From assembly GCA_951406725.2 (NCBI GenBank), contig OX597816.1, positions 14,818,001-14,882,000 on the forward strand: DNA of 64,000 nucleotides, given 5' to 3'. Each line of letters starts with the position of its first letter. Positions within the stretch are counted from its first letter, which is position 1. A program made the position numbers and the translations under genes. The notes below the pieces were generated by a model. It was not told the origin of the DNA. It saw nothing but the letters and a program-made list of their open reading frames with translations, and did no database searches. Below are positions 11,551-24,083 of this stretch, in pieces. The stretch is from Octopus vulgaris (lineage: Eukaryota).

Positions 11551-11985
11551 TTTTAGCCTGTCTTATCATCCCATCCTCTCTCTCCTGTTTTTCTTTCAGT
11601 CATGAGTCATTCAGACACTTTAGCCAGGTAAGTTACAAGGATACCTCACTAATGCTGGTGCCATGAAAAAAAGCATCCAGTACAATGTACAAAGTGGCTG
11701 GTGGTAGAAAAGGCTTGCAGCAACAAAAGCTTGCCAAAGTAACGATATTGGAGAATAACACAGACATCTGATTGGTCAGATCCTTGCTAACCAACTCAAC
11801 CCATGACAACATAAAAAGGGAGATTTCCAATGACATGTTTCTGGTTCAGCCCCTTCAGCACAAGTGTCTTCTATTATAAGCTCAAGTTGATCAATACTTT
11901 GTGAGTGAATTTGGTAGCCAGGAACTGTATGGAAGCCTGTCATATCTATCTATTTATCTATCAATCTATAATGCTTGATCACTAA

Positions 11986-12155
11986 ATACTCTTTTTTACT
12001 TGTTTCAGTTGACTTTAGTCGAGCAAATCAACCCCAGGACTTATTCTTTGTAAGCCTAGTACTTATTCAATTGGCCTCTTTTTGCCAAACTGCTAACACA
12101 CCAGCATCGGTTGTCAAACGATGATGGGGGTACAAACACAGACACACAAACATAT

Positions 12156-12218
<63 letters not shown>

Positions 12219-12396
12219 CATATACATATATACGATGGACTTCTTCAGTTTCTGTCTAACAAATCCACTCACAAGGCTTTGGTCGGCCCAAGTCTATAAT
12301 AGAAGACACTTGCTCAAGGTGCCATGCAGTGGGACTGAACCTGGAACCATGTGGTTCGTACGCAAGCTATTTACCACACAGCCACTCCTATGCCTA
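11986..12396 (-). mobile_element. tRNA-derived SINE family A (CORE-like domain, central microsatellite)
   Basis: Reverse complement of the head ggagtggctgtgtggtaa..gttcagtcccactgcatggcacctt(g)agcaagtgtcttct. Confidence 0.85.
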
Positions 12397-12404
12397 CTAA
12401 TTAA

Positions 12405-12652
12405 ATGTTCCTTCTTGAGCCATACCAGGCTTATAAGGGCCATTTTCCTGGTTTCAGTGGTGTAGAAATTCCCCACCTGGACAGGATGCCAGTCCATTGC
12501 AGCATAACTCATTTTTGCCAGCTGAGTGGACTGGAGTAACGTGAGAATGAAGTGTTTTGCTCAAGAACACCACGCATCGCCCGGTCCAGGAATCGAAACC
12601 ACAACCTTACGATCATGAGTTCAACACTCTAACCACTAAGCCACGCGCCTTC
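12405..12652 (-). mobile_element. tRNA-derived SINE family C (V-domain-like motif)
   Basis: Head ggcgcgtggcttagtggttagagtg..ggtttcgattcc with A/B boxes, and motif gcaatggactggcatcctgtccagg. Confidence 0.8.
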
Positions 12653-12659
12653 ACAGGCT

Positions 12660-12822
12660 TTTTTCATTCTCTCTCTATTTATTTTCTTTTATTCCATTCT
12701 GTTGAAAGAGCGTAGGCTTAAAACAAAAAAGACTTTCTCACTTTCCCAAGCATCAAACTAATACACCTGCTTGTTGTTCATACACCTGTCTTTGTATTTT
12801 GCTTTTCTATAAATTTCAACTA
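12660..12822 (+). mobile_element. Short element with decayed hammerhead-like motif (Penelope-type, inferred)
   Basis: CTGTTGA-AA-GAGC-gtag-GCTT-AAAAC at about 12699-12724; ends in (CA)/(TA)n. Confidence 0.4.
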
Positions 12823-13120
<298 letters not shown>

Positions 13121-13547
13121 ACTATATATCTAACGTGCATGTGTGTGTATGTCTGTGCATATACACACACACACCCACATGAAATTTTACAAAATCAAAA
13201 AATAGGAAGAAAAAAATGAAGGATAAATCTAATTTAATGAATAGAAACTATACAAGTCTGTCTGCCTCAAAGGAAAAATCATATTCATCATTGATTTTTT
13301 TTTTTTTTTGTTATCCTTCACTTATATTGTTTTTATTAAGTGTTTAAAAAATGTTTTTCTCTCATAAACACGAGCAATTATTTCACGAATGCATTCTTTA
13401 CAAATGTTACAGACATCTTATTAGTGTTGTCTACAGAGACTACTCCGAGAAGAAGACAAAAAAACAACAAACCCCCTTGCCAGAGATAGATTGCTATATA
13501 TGACACAAAATTGAAAATAGTAAGATTCAGGTCTGAATTCTAAGATT

Positions 13548-13936
13548 TTAACAGGTTTGTTATTTTGTTGAAATGCACTGCGGTTGTTTCAATTAACTTT
13601 GAAGATAAGGAAGAATTTATAAAATTAATTTTGTCATTAATAAGCGGGTTTTTGAAACATAAATTATCATTAAATTTAGATAGGAACTATTAATTCAGAC
13701 CAATTTAACTCTTTGTTACAATATTTCAGTTGAAATGCACTTAAATTAATTTGGTTCAAATAATTTTGAAAATAAGGAAGAGTTTCTTATAATGACTTTG
13801 TTATTATTAAACTGGTATTTTGAACATAAATTAACGCAAAATTTTGATGATTAGTTTTAATTTAGATTATTTTAAAGAGTAAATTTGCAACATAGAACCA
13901 GGGGCAGTTTCAAGCAGGTTGATATCAAAAGGGTTT
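13548..13936. mobile_element. Two adjacent old P1-related piggyBac-type MITE copies
   Basis: ttaactctttgttac...gatatcaaaagggttta at 13705-13936, plus a similar partial copy immediately upstream. Confidence 0.55.
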
Positions 13937-14274
13937 ATCAACTAACTTAGCTCTTTGGTAACACTGACCTCCATACAATTCTGTATTGTGCTGCTAACCA
14001 TTTCCTGTATCTACTAAATTTTGAACACACATGCGCATCAAGCAACAACTAACTTTATCGGCTATACATATATATATATATTAGCACACAGGGCGAAATG
14101 CTTAGTGGTATTTCGTCTGCCATTACATTCTGAGTTCAAATTCCACTTAGGTCAACTTTGCCTTTCATCCTTTTGGGGTCGATAAATTAAATACCAGTTG
14201 CATACTGGGGGCCGATCTAATCGACTGGTCCCCTCCCCAAAAAATTTCAGGCCTTGTGCCTAGAGTAGAAAAGA

Positions 14275-14326
<52 letters not shown>

Positions 14327-14698
14327 ATATATAAATACAAGCAAAGTTGTGTGATATGAAGTTTGCTTCTTAACCACATCTGCATGGTTTAAATTTAACC
14401 CCACTGCCTGGCACCTTGGGCAAGTGTCTTCTACTGTAACCTCAAACCAACAAAAGCCTTATGAGTAGATTTGGTAGATGGAAACTGAAAGAAGCCCATC
14501 TCATTTACACAAACACATATGTCATATGAAGTGTATGTATGTATGTGTGTGCATGCTTGTATTTGTGTTTGAACCTCACTTCTACTTAACTGGTGTTGGT
14601 TTGTTTATACCCCTATAATTGTTCAACTAAAACCAATCAAGGCAGTACCCAAGTATGGTTGGAGCCTAATGACTGAAACAAAAGATAAAAGATTGATG

Positions 14699-15043
14699 TC
14701 ATCGTCATCATTGTTTAACGTCCGCTTTCCATGCTAGCATGGGTTGGACGATTTTGACTGAGGGCTGGCAAACCAGATGGCTGCACCAGGCTCCAATCTT
14801 GATCTGGCAGAGTTTCTACAGCTGGATGCCCTTCCTAACATCAACCACTCTGAGAGTGTAGTGGGTGCTTTTTACGTGCCACTGGCACGGGGCCAGTCAG
14901 GCGGTACTGGCAACGACCTCGCTCAAATCTTTTACACATGTCATCGGCACAGGTGCCAGTAAGGCAATGCTGGTAACGATCACGCTCGAATGGTGCCCTT
15001 TTATGTGCCACTGGCACGAAGGCCAGATAACTGCTCTGGCAAC
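14699..15043 (-). mobile_element. RTE-derived 3' tail element (family R)
   Basis: Matches the other family R copies. Confidence 0.85.
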
Positions 15044-15997
15044 AGAACTAAATCTTTCATGTAAACACAAACAGACAGGAGACTAAGATAAATTTAATAA
15101 GCTTTGATTGTTGCTTTATATTTCACAAAAATCAACCGTCATTTGTCAGAGCATACAACATAGACTCCATAACGTCACAATATAAAAAGACAAAGTATCT
15201 AGACTAAATGACCTAAGAACTGCTTTTAAGCTAATTTGATTGATTATTTTCATGATGCAGATCTGTTCAGAGCTGACAGCTGAGACACTCAACAACAACA
15301 ACAACAACAACAAAAACCTCTGCAACAGCAACAACAAAATAAGTCTAAAAATTCTTTCTGATTGGTAAAGACTTCTCCAGACACACCTGAGAAACCTGCA
15401 CACAAAGAAAACATTGTTTTAGCTTCTTTGAGCAAGTCCAGACATCAATATACACTACGATGGACAGCTAATTGATTATCGTACACAGCAACACCAATTT
15501 GGTTCATAATTTAATTGGCAATTATCGAAAGAAAGAAAACACACCAATTTTCAAATAACTGAATGAATAGAAACGATAAATCTATGATTTCATATAAGAG
15601 ATAAAAAAACATACATTGTCCCATACTTAGTATAAAACAAAGGTTAGGACTACAGCCATTAAAAAACATTCTAACAATAGTCATACACCCACTCAAAGAA
15701 TAAATTCTATACATGGAAAGAAATAATTTATGGCATAAAAAGGAAGGGAAAAGAGAACAATAATAATTCAGGTGCCAGGCATTTTTCTTGATAGATATAT
15801 ATTTTTCAAAGTCCATTGTTTAAAGTACATTGTTCAAAGACCATTGTTTAAAGTACAGGTTTTAATGAGAGATGGACCATGCTCACACAACTTGGGTTTC
15901 TTTGAATCTGTCAAAGACCTCAAGTAGGGTATAAAACGGTAGTGATTAATCTATTAAATATGGTTCCTCATTAAACTTGAGTTTTCTTTCAGCATCA

Positions 15998-16146
15998 AAG
16001 GTGCAGACGTGGGTGTGTGGTTAAGGCGTTCTCTTCCCAGCCTGGTGTTTTAAGGTTCAATCCCACTGTATGAAAAAAGCTTTGTGTAAATGTCTTCTGC
16101 AACAGCCTCCTGAGCAGATCTGGTCGACAGAAACTGAAAGGAGCCA

Positions 16147-16199
<53 letters not shown>

Positions 16200-16705
16200 A
16201 TGTGTGTGTAATTGTGTGTGCGTACGTTTGTGTGCATGTGTATGCTGCACATGTGTGTCTTTTTGTGCATGTTTGTGTGTGTGTGTGTGTGTGTGTATGC
16301 ATGCATGCTTATGTGTGTTCATGTGTGCTTTTGTATGCATGTCTGTGTGTGAGTGTGTGTGTGTATGTGTGTTCATGTGCTTTTGTATGCATGTCTGTGA
16401 GTGTGTGTGTATGTGTGTGTGTGTGTATGTGAGTGCACATGTTTGTGTGTGTGTGTGTGTATGTGAGTGCACATGTTTGTGTGTGTTTGTCCGTCCCCTA
16501 GTGTTGACATTGTGAGATAGTTATAAATGAATGAGACTATTGTACAAACAGTGTCATTCCTTTCAACCTTCCTTGAAAACATGTTTGTTATGAGGAAAAT
16601 ATTACTGTGAGGGGGACTCAGTGTAGGTTGGTAACACGAAGGGCATCCAATAGATCCTGTTTAACCCATGCAAGTATGGAAAAGGGGACATTATGATGAT
16701 GATAA
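15998..16705 (+). mobile_element. Old SINE with family A head, expanded (GT)n and RTE-like tail
   Basis: A-type head at 15998-16148, microsatellite 16149-16490, tail with gaagggcatcc..cccatgcaagtatggaaaa and (GAT)n. Confidence 0.7.
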
Positions 16706-16737
16706 TGGATCTTACAAATTGAAACAAAATATATTTA

Positions 16738-17057
16738 CATCATCATCATCGTTTAACGTCAGTTTTCTATGCTAGCATGGGTTGGACAGTTCAACCGGGG
16801 GTCTGGGAAGCCAGGAGGCTGCACCAGGCTCCAGTCTGACCTGGTAGTTTTTCTACAGCTGGACGCCCTTCCTAACGCCAACCACTCCAGGAGTGTAGTG
16901 GGTGCTTTTTATCTGCCACCAGCACAGGGGCCAGAGGAGGCTGGCAATGGCCACAATCAGTTGGTACTTTTTACGTGCTGCCAGCAGCACGGAAATGAGT
17001 CAAGGCAGTGCTGGCATCGGCCATGTTCAGATGGTGCTTTTTACGTGCCACTGGCAT
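16738..17057 (-). mobile_element. RTE-derived 3' tail element (family R)
   Basis: Matches the other family R copies. Confidence 0.85.
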
Positions 17058-17606
17058 GAAATTTGTCAAATAAAATTCATAAAAACATTAAATTCTAAAG
17101 AGTTAATTTGTAGTGTGCGAGAAGGTTTTAGGCAGAGAAACATAAAATTATGTTAATGTTATAAGGCTGTCTTTTGCCACTGTTGTATCTGTCTTTTGTA
17201 TGATGGTTGTTGCTCTCACAGATATTGTTATATCTATCTGGTATTGTATGACCCCCGGGAACTTATTTTTCAATGTGCACATAATACCTAAGGTAGTGAA
17301 CTGGTAGAATCATTAGCACACCAGGTAGTATTTCATCTGTCATTATGTTCTGAGTTCAAATTCTACTGAGGTTGACTTTGCCTTTCATCCTTTCAGGGTC
17401 AATAAAATAAAGCACCAATTGAGCACTGGGGCCGATGTAATCGTCTTACCCTCACCCCAAAATTATTGACCTTGTTTGAAAATCTGAAACCAATATGTAT
17501 ATAATACCTAGCTGGAATTGAACTTGGAAACTATATTACTAAGTTAACAGCAATCACCTAGACTTGTGGATAGACACACTATTGACAGTTAAGAAAGAAG
17601 GGTTTT

Positions 17607-17822
17607 TTAATCCCTTAGCATTCAGATTATATAGACAAATGTAATGTTTATTCATAATGTTTTGAATTAATTATGCATTATCTCATAGCTTTAAGATTTT
17701 GATGAAGTCTTTATTTATTCTTAGAATGACATTGTAGTGTATGTGTGAGAGGCCAGATCTGATTGATTTGAACATAAAAATATTTGGGTCAGATATGACT
17801 AGTCAAAATGCTAAGTGGTTAA
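17607..17822. mobile_element. piggyBac-type MITE (family P2)
   Basis: ttaatcccttagcattc...atgctaagtggttaa termini. Confidence 0.7.
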
Positions 17823-18101
17823 TTTGAAACCAGTTAGGTCTAGATCCAGGAACAAGCTGCCTTGATAAACTTAGTTTGAGCCATGCAAGCTTGGAAATGT
17901 GGACATCAAAACAATGATTTTTATAAAGTCTTCATCTTTATAATAAGCTTAAGACCAAAACTAGTGCATTAAGAACAAACTCCTTTAAGACACAATACAT
18001 TAGAGACATGACCATGTCGCTCTGACTGTTAGAAATTAAATGAACCACTGCTCTGTAGAAGACTTGCAACCAATGATGCTCTGATACTCTACTTCACAAA
18101 A

Positions 18102-18495
18102 TCTCTCTCTCTATAAAGCTGAAGTTGTCTGTGTATGGCAGGTTTGGTAGCCTTCAACTAACACTATCTCCTCTGAGACCCTGCAGCACAAGTTGACCAA
18201 AATTGAGAGTATGATAGAAGAAGCCTTGCTCTTCCTTCCGTAGAAGAAAATATTCAAATCGTACCATTTTAACATCAAAAATTATTTACATCAAAAAGGT
18301 GCTTTTTTTCTATGAAAATCCCTATTTTTTTAACGATTTTTTTACTGCTGTGTCGCCATTTTTTGGTGTATTTCAACCAGAAAAATGTTCACTTAAAGAG
18401 AATAACAAGCTACATAATGCAAAATTTTTACTTTTCAAAAATTCCAATTCTAAAGGGTCGAAACAAACCTGAGCAACGCCGGGCGACACTGCTAG
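18102..18495 (+). mobile_element. Non-autonomous Helitron
   Basis: A|TC start, subterminal hairpin cctgagcaacgccgggc, CTAG|T end. Confidence 0.75.
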
Positions 18496-18699
18496 TGTGA
18501 TATAAAATGTAAATGAAGCTACAAGAGAAGATTAGAAAGCTCTAAAAATGTAGAATCAAGCCAAGCAACATCTGCAAGCAAATGTGGAGACTACTAACCC
18601 CTTTCATCACCATATTTCTATTTAAGTACATTACTTTTTGTCTTTGTTAGGTTTGCTTGTAAAAGTTTTGATTCTAGACTCCATTTCCATCTTTGGATC

Positions 18700-19640
18700 G
18701 TTTCATCCAATTCTTTGATTTGGCTTTGAGAAAAAGTGTGCCAGCATATAAGAATTCTCATAGACAGGCAATGTTGAACTTATAAGTATCCAATGTGAAT
18801 TTGGCCAACTGATAAAAGTTACCACCAACCTGATAATGGTTCATTTCCTGGACATAACCCTAGACTTAAAAATGGACAAGTACTACCCTCACAGGAAGCC
18901 CAATGAGGGAACTGTGTCTATTCACAGAAGTTATAACCACCAGCACCCCCACTATAATTAGAAACCTAATTTTAGGCATTAGCAAAAGCATCTCTAAACT
19001 TTCAGCTAATATAGAGATCATCAACAGGGCTACACTTGCTATTAGAACAAGGCATTTACAAGGATTAGATTCACTGAGAAGTTAACATATAAGGAGGAAT
19101 AAATCCATTCCCAAAGAGAATCAGAAAGAGAATCTGGTTCAACCCCCACCCCCATTTACTCAAGAAGTTTCAATCAACATAGCTAAGAACTTCCTGTCAT
19201 TGATCAAAAAGCATTTCCCTAGAGGCCATAAGTACTATAAGTTTTTCAATCCACACAATGTCAAGGTTAGCTACTCCTGCTGAGGAAACATTGTTTCTAT
19301 CATTGCATGCTACAGTAGACATAAGTATACACCTACACAGCCTCCAATCCAAGCTTGAAACTTCCAAAACCCTACCAGCCACCCTATGGGAGGATCCTGC
19401 TCCTTAACAGCTGTAGTCTACAGAACCACCTTCACACTGTCCAATGGCATCACGCGGCATTACACAGGCATGACAACCAAAGACTTCAAAGGATAATATA
19501 CACAACATGTACTTCCTCAGATATAGAGATAGGGAAAAACTCCACCTCCTTGTCCTGCCTTATCTAGATACTGTGTGAGCACCAGAATGATTCCACCAAC
19601 ATTCTGTCCAGCCATGTAGTCCAAGACATACAGACCGAGA
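18700..19640 (+). mobile_element. Penelope-like element, decayed RT C-terminus, linker and GIY-YIG endonuclease
   Basis: VHFLDITLDLKMDKYYPHRKPN..RIWFNP..NIAKNFLSLIKKHFPRGHKYYKFFNPHNVKVSYSC..AVVYRTT..HYTGMTTKDFK..NSTSLS, with frameshifts and stops. Confidence 0.88.
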
Positions 19641-19845
19641 TTGCTATTTGATGATGATGATGATATTTCAATACAAATATCAACAACAACACCATGTGAA
19701 CCGCCCTGACAAATAGCAGCCCAATTTTCAGTAGCCATTTTGAACTTCCTCCATCTCTCCATTCAGTCGCCTAAGCCCGATAAGTTAGGTTCATATGACA
19801 AGGTAATAAAACTAAGTTGCACAGAGCCAAATCAATCTATTATTA

Positions 19846-19876
<31 letters not shown>

Positions 19877-19900
19877 TATGATGATGATGATAATAATAAA

Positions 19901-20856
19901 CCTTGCTAGTGACAATTAGGAACAAGGAAATATTGAAAGCAAAGAAAAAAGGAAAAAACAAAGGAAGAAGTACAAAAAGAACATGAAGAATTACGCAGCA
20001 AGGGGTTGCACAATCAATTCCATGTCGCCACTACAGAAGTTGCTGGAATAAATAGGTGGGATTGGCTGATGAAAGGAATCTTAAAAAAAAAGAGACCAAA
20101 AGCACTATAGTGGCAGTGCACGACCAAGCTTTGGCCAAGAACTGGAGGGTCAACCTTAGGAGTGAGCCAGTGTCTTTGTTGTGTCGCATCTGCAATAAAG
20201 TGGATGAAACCATTGCCCCACATTGCAAACGAATGCCCTAAACTTGCCCGGAACCACTACAAGTTGTGGTGACACGACCAGGTAGTGAAAGTGCTACACT
20301 GGAAACTGTGCAAAAAATGGGGGCTAGAGAGAGGCAAGATGTGTTATGAGCACAGACGGCAGAGAGTGGCAGAGTCAGAGACTAGCAAACTCCTCTGGGA
20401 TTTCCCAATCCAAACAGATCAGGTGCTAGGGCATAACAGACTGGACCTAGTAGTGGTGGACAAGGTGCACCATATATGCTACATAGTTGATGTTGCATGC
20501 CCCTTTGATCCACACATAGTCAAGAAAGAAGGCAAAAAGATAGATAAATACAACCCGCTTACGTACGAAAGAGCCCAGCTATAGAAAATGAAGAAGGTGA
20601 AGATAAGGTCAATTATTGTTGGGTCAATGGGAAGAGTATCAGAAGGTATCAGGAAGAATATAAATGAAATTGGAACAGAGTGCCCAGTAGTACTGTTACA
20701 AAAGGTTTGCCTCCTTGAGGTGGCCACAACAATCAGGGAAGTATTAGATAGCTGAAAAGAACGAATAGCATGGTACTGCAGGCTGCAGGTAGTAAGCCTG
20801 CTATGCATGCAAGGCTCCAGGAGCTCCAACAAAACCCGTGATAAAGAGGTGATAAT
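19901..20856 (+). mobile_element. R4/Dong-clade non-LTR retrotransposon 3' part (CCHC knuckle plus restriction-like endonuclease)
   Basis: LKKETKSTIVAVHDQAL..CRICNKVDETI..H..C..HDQVVKVLHWKLCKK..LLWDFPIQTD..HNRLDLVVVDK..IVDVACPFD..KIDKY; preceded by (TAA)n. Confidence 0.88.
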
Positions 20857-20963
20857 ATGTATATCTATTTATGTATGTATATCTATATATGCATATACAT
20901 ATGTATGTGTGTGTGTGTGTGTGTGTAACAAAGTGAATGTGTAAAGTACCGCACGAGTGGAAT

Positions 20964-21197
20964 TATATATGAAAGAAGGTTTGAAAATGCAATTTTAAAG
21001 ATGTTTATTCACTTGGTCTGTATTTTTGAATAAGATTATTTTCCCTATTTATATGTGTTTGGTCAGTGGTGTTGTCCGGGCATTGGTATAGTGGGAAAAC
21101 TAAGAATTTGGGGGACTTATTGTGTGCACAGAGGTCTAAATGCCCACTAAGTGGTACATCTTTTAAAATTGCATTTTCAAACCTTCTTTCATATATA
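20964..21197. repeat. Inverted repeat, arms of about 40 bp with a 150-bp spacer
   Basis: tatatatgaaagaaggtttgaaaatgcaattttaaagatgt versus acatcttttaaaattgcattttcaaaccttctttcatatata. Confidence 0.85.
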
Positions 21198-21315
21198 TAT
21201 ATGAGTATTATATCTATATATATATATATACAAACATCCCCTCTGTACCACCATGTATATTCTCCAACTGTTCCCTGTAGGTAGGTCCCAATGCATCTCC
21301 AACACTATCTACTTC

Positions 21316-21467
21316 AGTTTTATATTTAAGAGATGAGGAATTATGTACATTATTTACATTATTGACGGATATTTGTCCTCATCTTGTTTGTTGTTAACCT
21401 TCATCAAGTGTCTTGGGGAAATTTCGAAACTGAGTTCTCGTTCCTAAGATATTTTTCGATGTTGTTA

Positions 21468-21506
<39 letters not shown>

Positions 21507-21744
21507 TTACTGCCTGCAATCGAACTCAGAATCTTCGGATTAGTAGCCCACGCTCTTAACCACTTCGCTAGTCCAGGCAGTGACCTGAATAATAATAATA
21601 ACATAGAAAAATACCTTAGGAATGAGAACCCAGGTTTGAAATTTCTCCAAGTCACCTGATAAAGGCTGGAGGGTATATCAGCCAAAACGTTGTGTTAACA
21701 ACAAACAAGATGAGGACAAATATCCATCAAATGTAAATAATGTA
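21316..21744 (-). mobile_element. tRNA-headed element with hammerhead-bearing tail and inverted partial second copy
   Basis: Minus-strand head gcgaagtggttaagagcgtgggctactaatcc..gagttcgatt. Arms 21345-21516 and 21574-21745 are inverted copies. Flanking direct repeat tctacttc at 21308-21315 and 21748-21755. Confidence 0.75.
21651..21696 (+). ncRNA. Putative minimal type I hammerhead ribozyme (decayed copy)
   Basis: GTCAC-CTGATAA-A-GGCTG-(10 nt)-CAGCC-AAA-AC-GT-T-GTGTT. The other arm keeps GACAC-TTGATGA-AGG, so the merged consensus has CTGATGA. Confidence 0.55.
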
Positions 21745-22651
21745 CCGTCTACTTCTCCCTCTCTCCTTTCTTTTTCAACCAAGGAAGTATCTCCTGTATA
21801 GTAAGAGGCCTACCTCTATCCTGCTATTACATTTTAACTAATTAACTGGCACAAAGTCACTTCCCTCAGTACAACTCCATCTTCTAGTCAAGAATTCTTT
21901 GTCTTGCAAGTTACTTGGCGACCTCAACAGTGCTGGTGCCACATAAAAAGCACCCAGTACACTCTGTAAAGTTTTTGGCATAAGGAAGGGTGTCTAACTG
22001 TAGAAACTTTGTCAAAACAGACAATGGAGCTTGGTGCAGTCCTCTGGCTTGCCAACCCCTGTCAAACTGCCCAACTCATGCCAGCATCATGATGATGGTG
22101 ATGATGATGATAGAAAGTGAAAGAGTCGCAGGCATGACTGTACAGTAAGAAGCTAGCTTCCTAATCACATGGCTCTAGGTTCAGTCCCACTGCATGGAAC
22201 CTCTGTAAAGTGTTTTTTGTCCTATATCCTGTGAGAAACTGAAGGAAGCCCACTGTATAAATATGTGTATGTGTGTGTGCTTGATAACTGGTGTTGGTGT
22301 GTTTACATCCCCAAAATTTAACAGTTCTGTAAAGAGGCTGATAGAATAAGTACCAGGCTTTACAAAGAAAAAGGGAAAATAAGTGATGGGATTGATTCAT
22401 TCAACTGAAAATTCCTGAGGGTGTTGCCCCAGCATGGCCGCAGTCTAATAACTGAAACAAGTAAAAAATAAAAGATTTGTTCCTCCTTTCACTATTCATC
22501 CCTACAACCTTCTCTTACTCTCTTCTCCCACAATAATCAATTTATCTGGCCACCCACCTTGATTCTTTGCCAATATTCTCTCTTATACTCACCTGCTTCT
22601 ACCTTTAGAGTATACTTTGATACCTTACTACCACCATTATTGTCTTCTTTC

Positions 22652-23058
22652 TAAGGCAGTGAGCTGGCAAAAAAGTTAGCATGCTGGACAAAGCGCTTAG
22701 CGGTATTTTGTCTGTCTTTATGTTCTGAGTTCAAATTCCACTGAGGTTCACTTTGCCTTTCATCCTTTCGGGGTCAATAAATTAAGTATCAGTTACGCAC
22801 TGGGGTCAATGTAATCGACTTTGGCCTTGTTTGTCCCCTTTATGTTTAGCCCCTTGAGGGCAATAAAGAAATAAGAAATGTTAGCACACCAGGCGAACCG
22901 CTTAGCGGTAGTTCGTGTATTCTCAGTTCAAATTCCGCCAAGGTCGACTTTGCCTTTCATCCTTTCAGGGTCAATAAATTAAGTACCAGTTGCATACTGG
23001 GGCTGATCTAATCCACTCCCCAAAAATTTTGGGCCTTGTACCTAGAAAAGAAAAGATT
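22652..23058 (+). mobile_element. SINE family B, dimeric
   Basis: Two core units after an aaggcagtgagctggc head. Confidence 0.8.
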
Positions 23059-23393
23059 ATTGTCTTCTTTCTAGCTACTCCCACCTACCCTTATGTAATC
23101 CAAGGTAGCCATGTATCTCTTCTATTGCAAGACAACAGAGCCCTCTCACTACCATAGTTTAACCTCTCAACATATGTATGCATGCACGTGCAAGCATGTT
23201 TATGTATGTCTCTCACTGCTGGATAACCAGTATTCTGTTTATTTATGTCTCAATAACTTAGTGGTTCAACAGAAAGACACTAATAAATTGAATACCAGAC
23301 TAAAAATAAATAGTGGGCTTGATTTGGTCGACTCAACCCTTCAAATAAAATATCCTTGTATAACCTTAGGTTAATGATAGAAGCAAGCAAAAG

Positions 23394-24083
23394 GGATCTT
23401 TACCTTTTGACCTACAGATTTAAGAAATAATTTTTTGTAACTAAACACTTTCAAACTTCAGACACTGATAGAATGTGTCATATAAAACATCTTTTACTCT
23501 TAACTTATATTTACGAAGTAATTTCACGTTAAAGTAGTCCTATTTCAATAATTTCAACCAATCAGTGACGTGTATTCAGCTGAATAATATTACTGCCATT
23601 GTTTGTCAATAACAACTATCAGCGGTGTATTTTCCATTTGTCACTGTTATTTATGACATAGTTCATGCGTTTGTACTGGTTTTAGCTTTGAGGTTTTAGG
23701 GTTAGGGTTAAGGTTAAGGTTAGGGTTTTAGGGTTAGAGTGTTAGGGTTAGGGTTTTAGGGTTAGGATGTTAGGGTTAGGGTGTTAGGGTTTTAGGGTTA
23801 GAGTTGTCATAAATAACACTGACAAATGAAAAATACACCGCTGGAAGTTCTTGTTGACAAACAACAGCAGTAATTTTATTTAGTTGAATACATGTCATTG
23901 ATTGGTTGAAATTACCGAAATAGGACTACTTTAACGTGAAATTACTTCGTAAATATAAGTTTTTCTCAAAAATGCTAAGAGTAAAAGATGTTTTATATGA
24001 CACATTCTACCAGTATGCGAGTTTGAAAGTGTTTAGTGACAAAAAATTATTTTTTAAATCTGTCGGTCAAACGGTAAAGATCC
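23394..24083. mobile_element. Foldback/MITE DNA element with TIRs of about 265-280 bp, 8-bp TSD and internal (TTAGGG)n
   Basis: AGCAAAAG|GGATCTTTACC...GGTAAAGATCC|AGCAAAAG; arms 23394-23658 and 23805-24083. Confidence 0.9.
23695..23802 (+). repeat. Degenerate interstitial telomeric repeat (TTAGGG)n
   Basis: ttagggttagggttaaggtt... with variant units. Confidence 0.92.

Noticed and set aside
15146-15403. Leu-rich minus-strand ORF with a plausible acceptor near 15396
   Set aside because: The Leu run is a (CAA)n microsatellite, no protein motif is recognisable and the donor is weak.
21501-21568. Functional tRNA gene (also the heads at 12590-12652, 27460-27528, 48187-48260, 55686-55760)
   Set aside because: No complete acceptor stem or terminator, and each runs directly into a repeat body, so they are SINE heads.
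23695-23802. True telomere or chromosome fusion site
   Set aside because: Short, degenerate, single orientation and enclosed by TIRs with a TSD.
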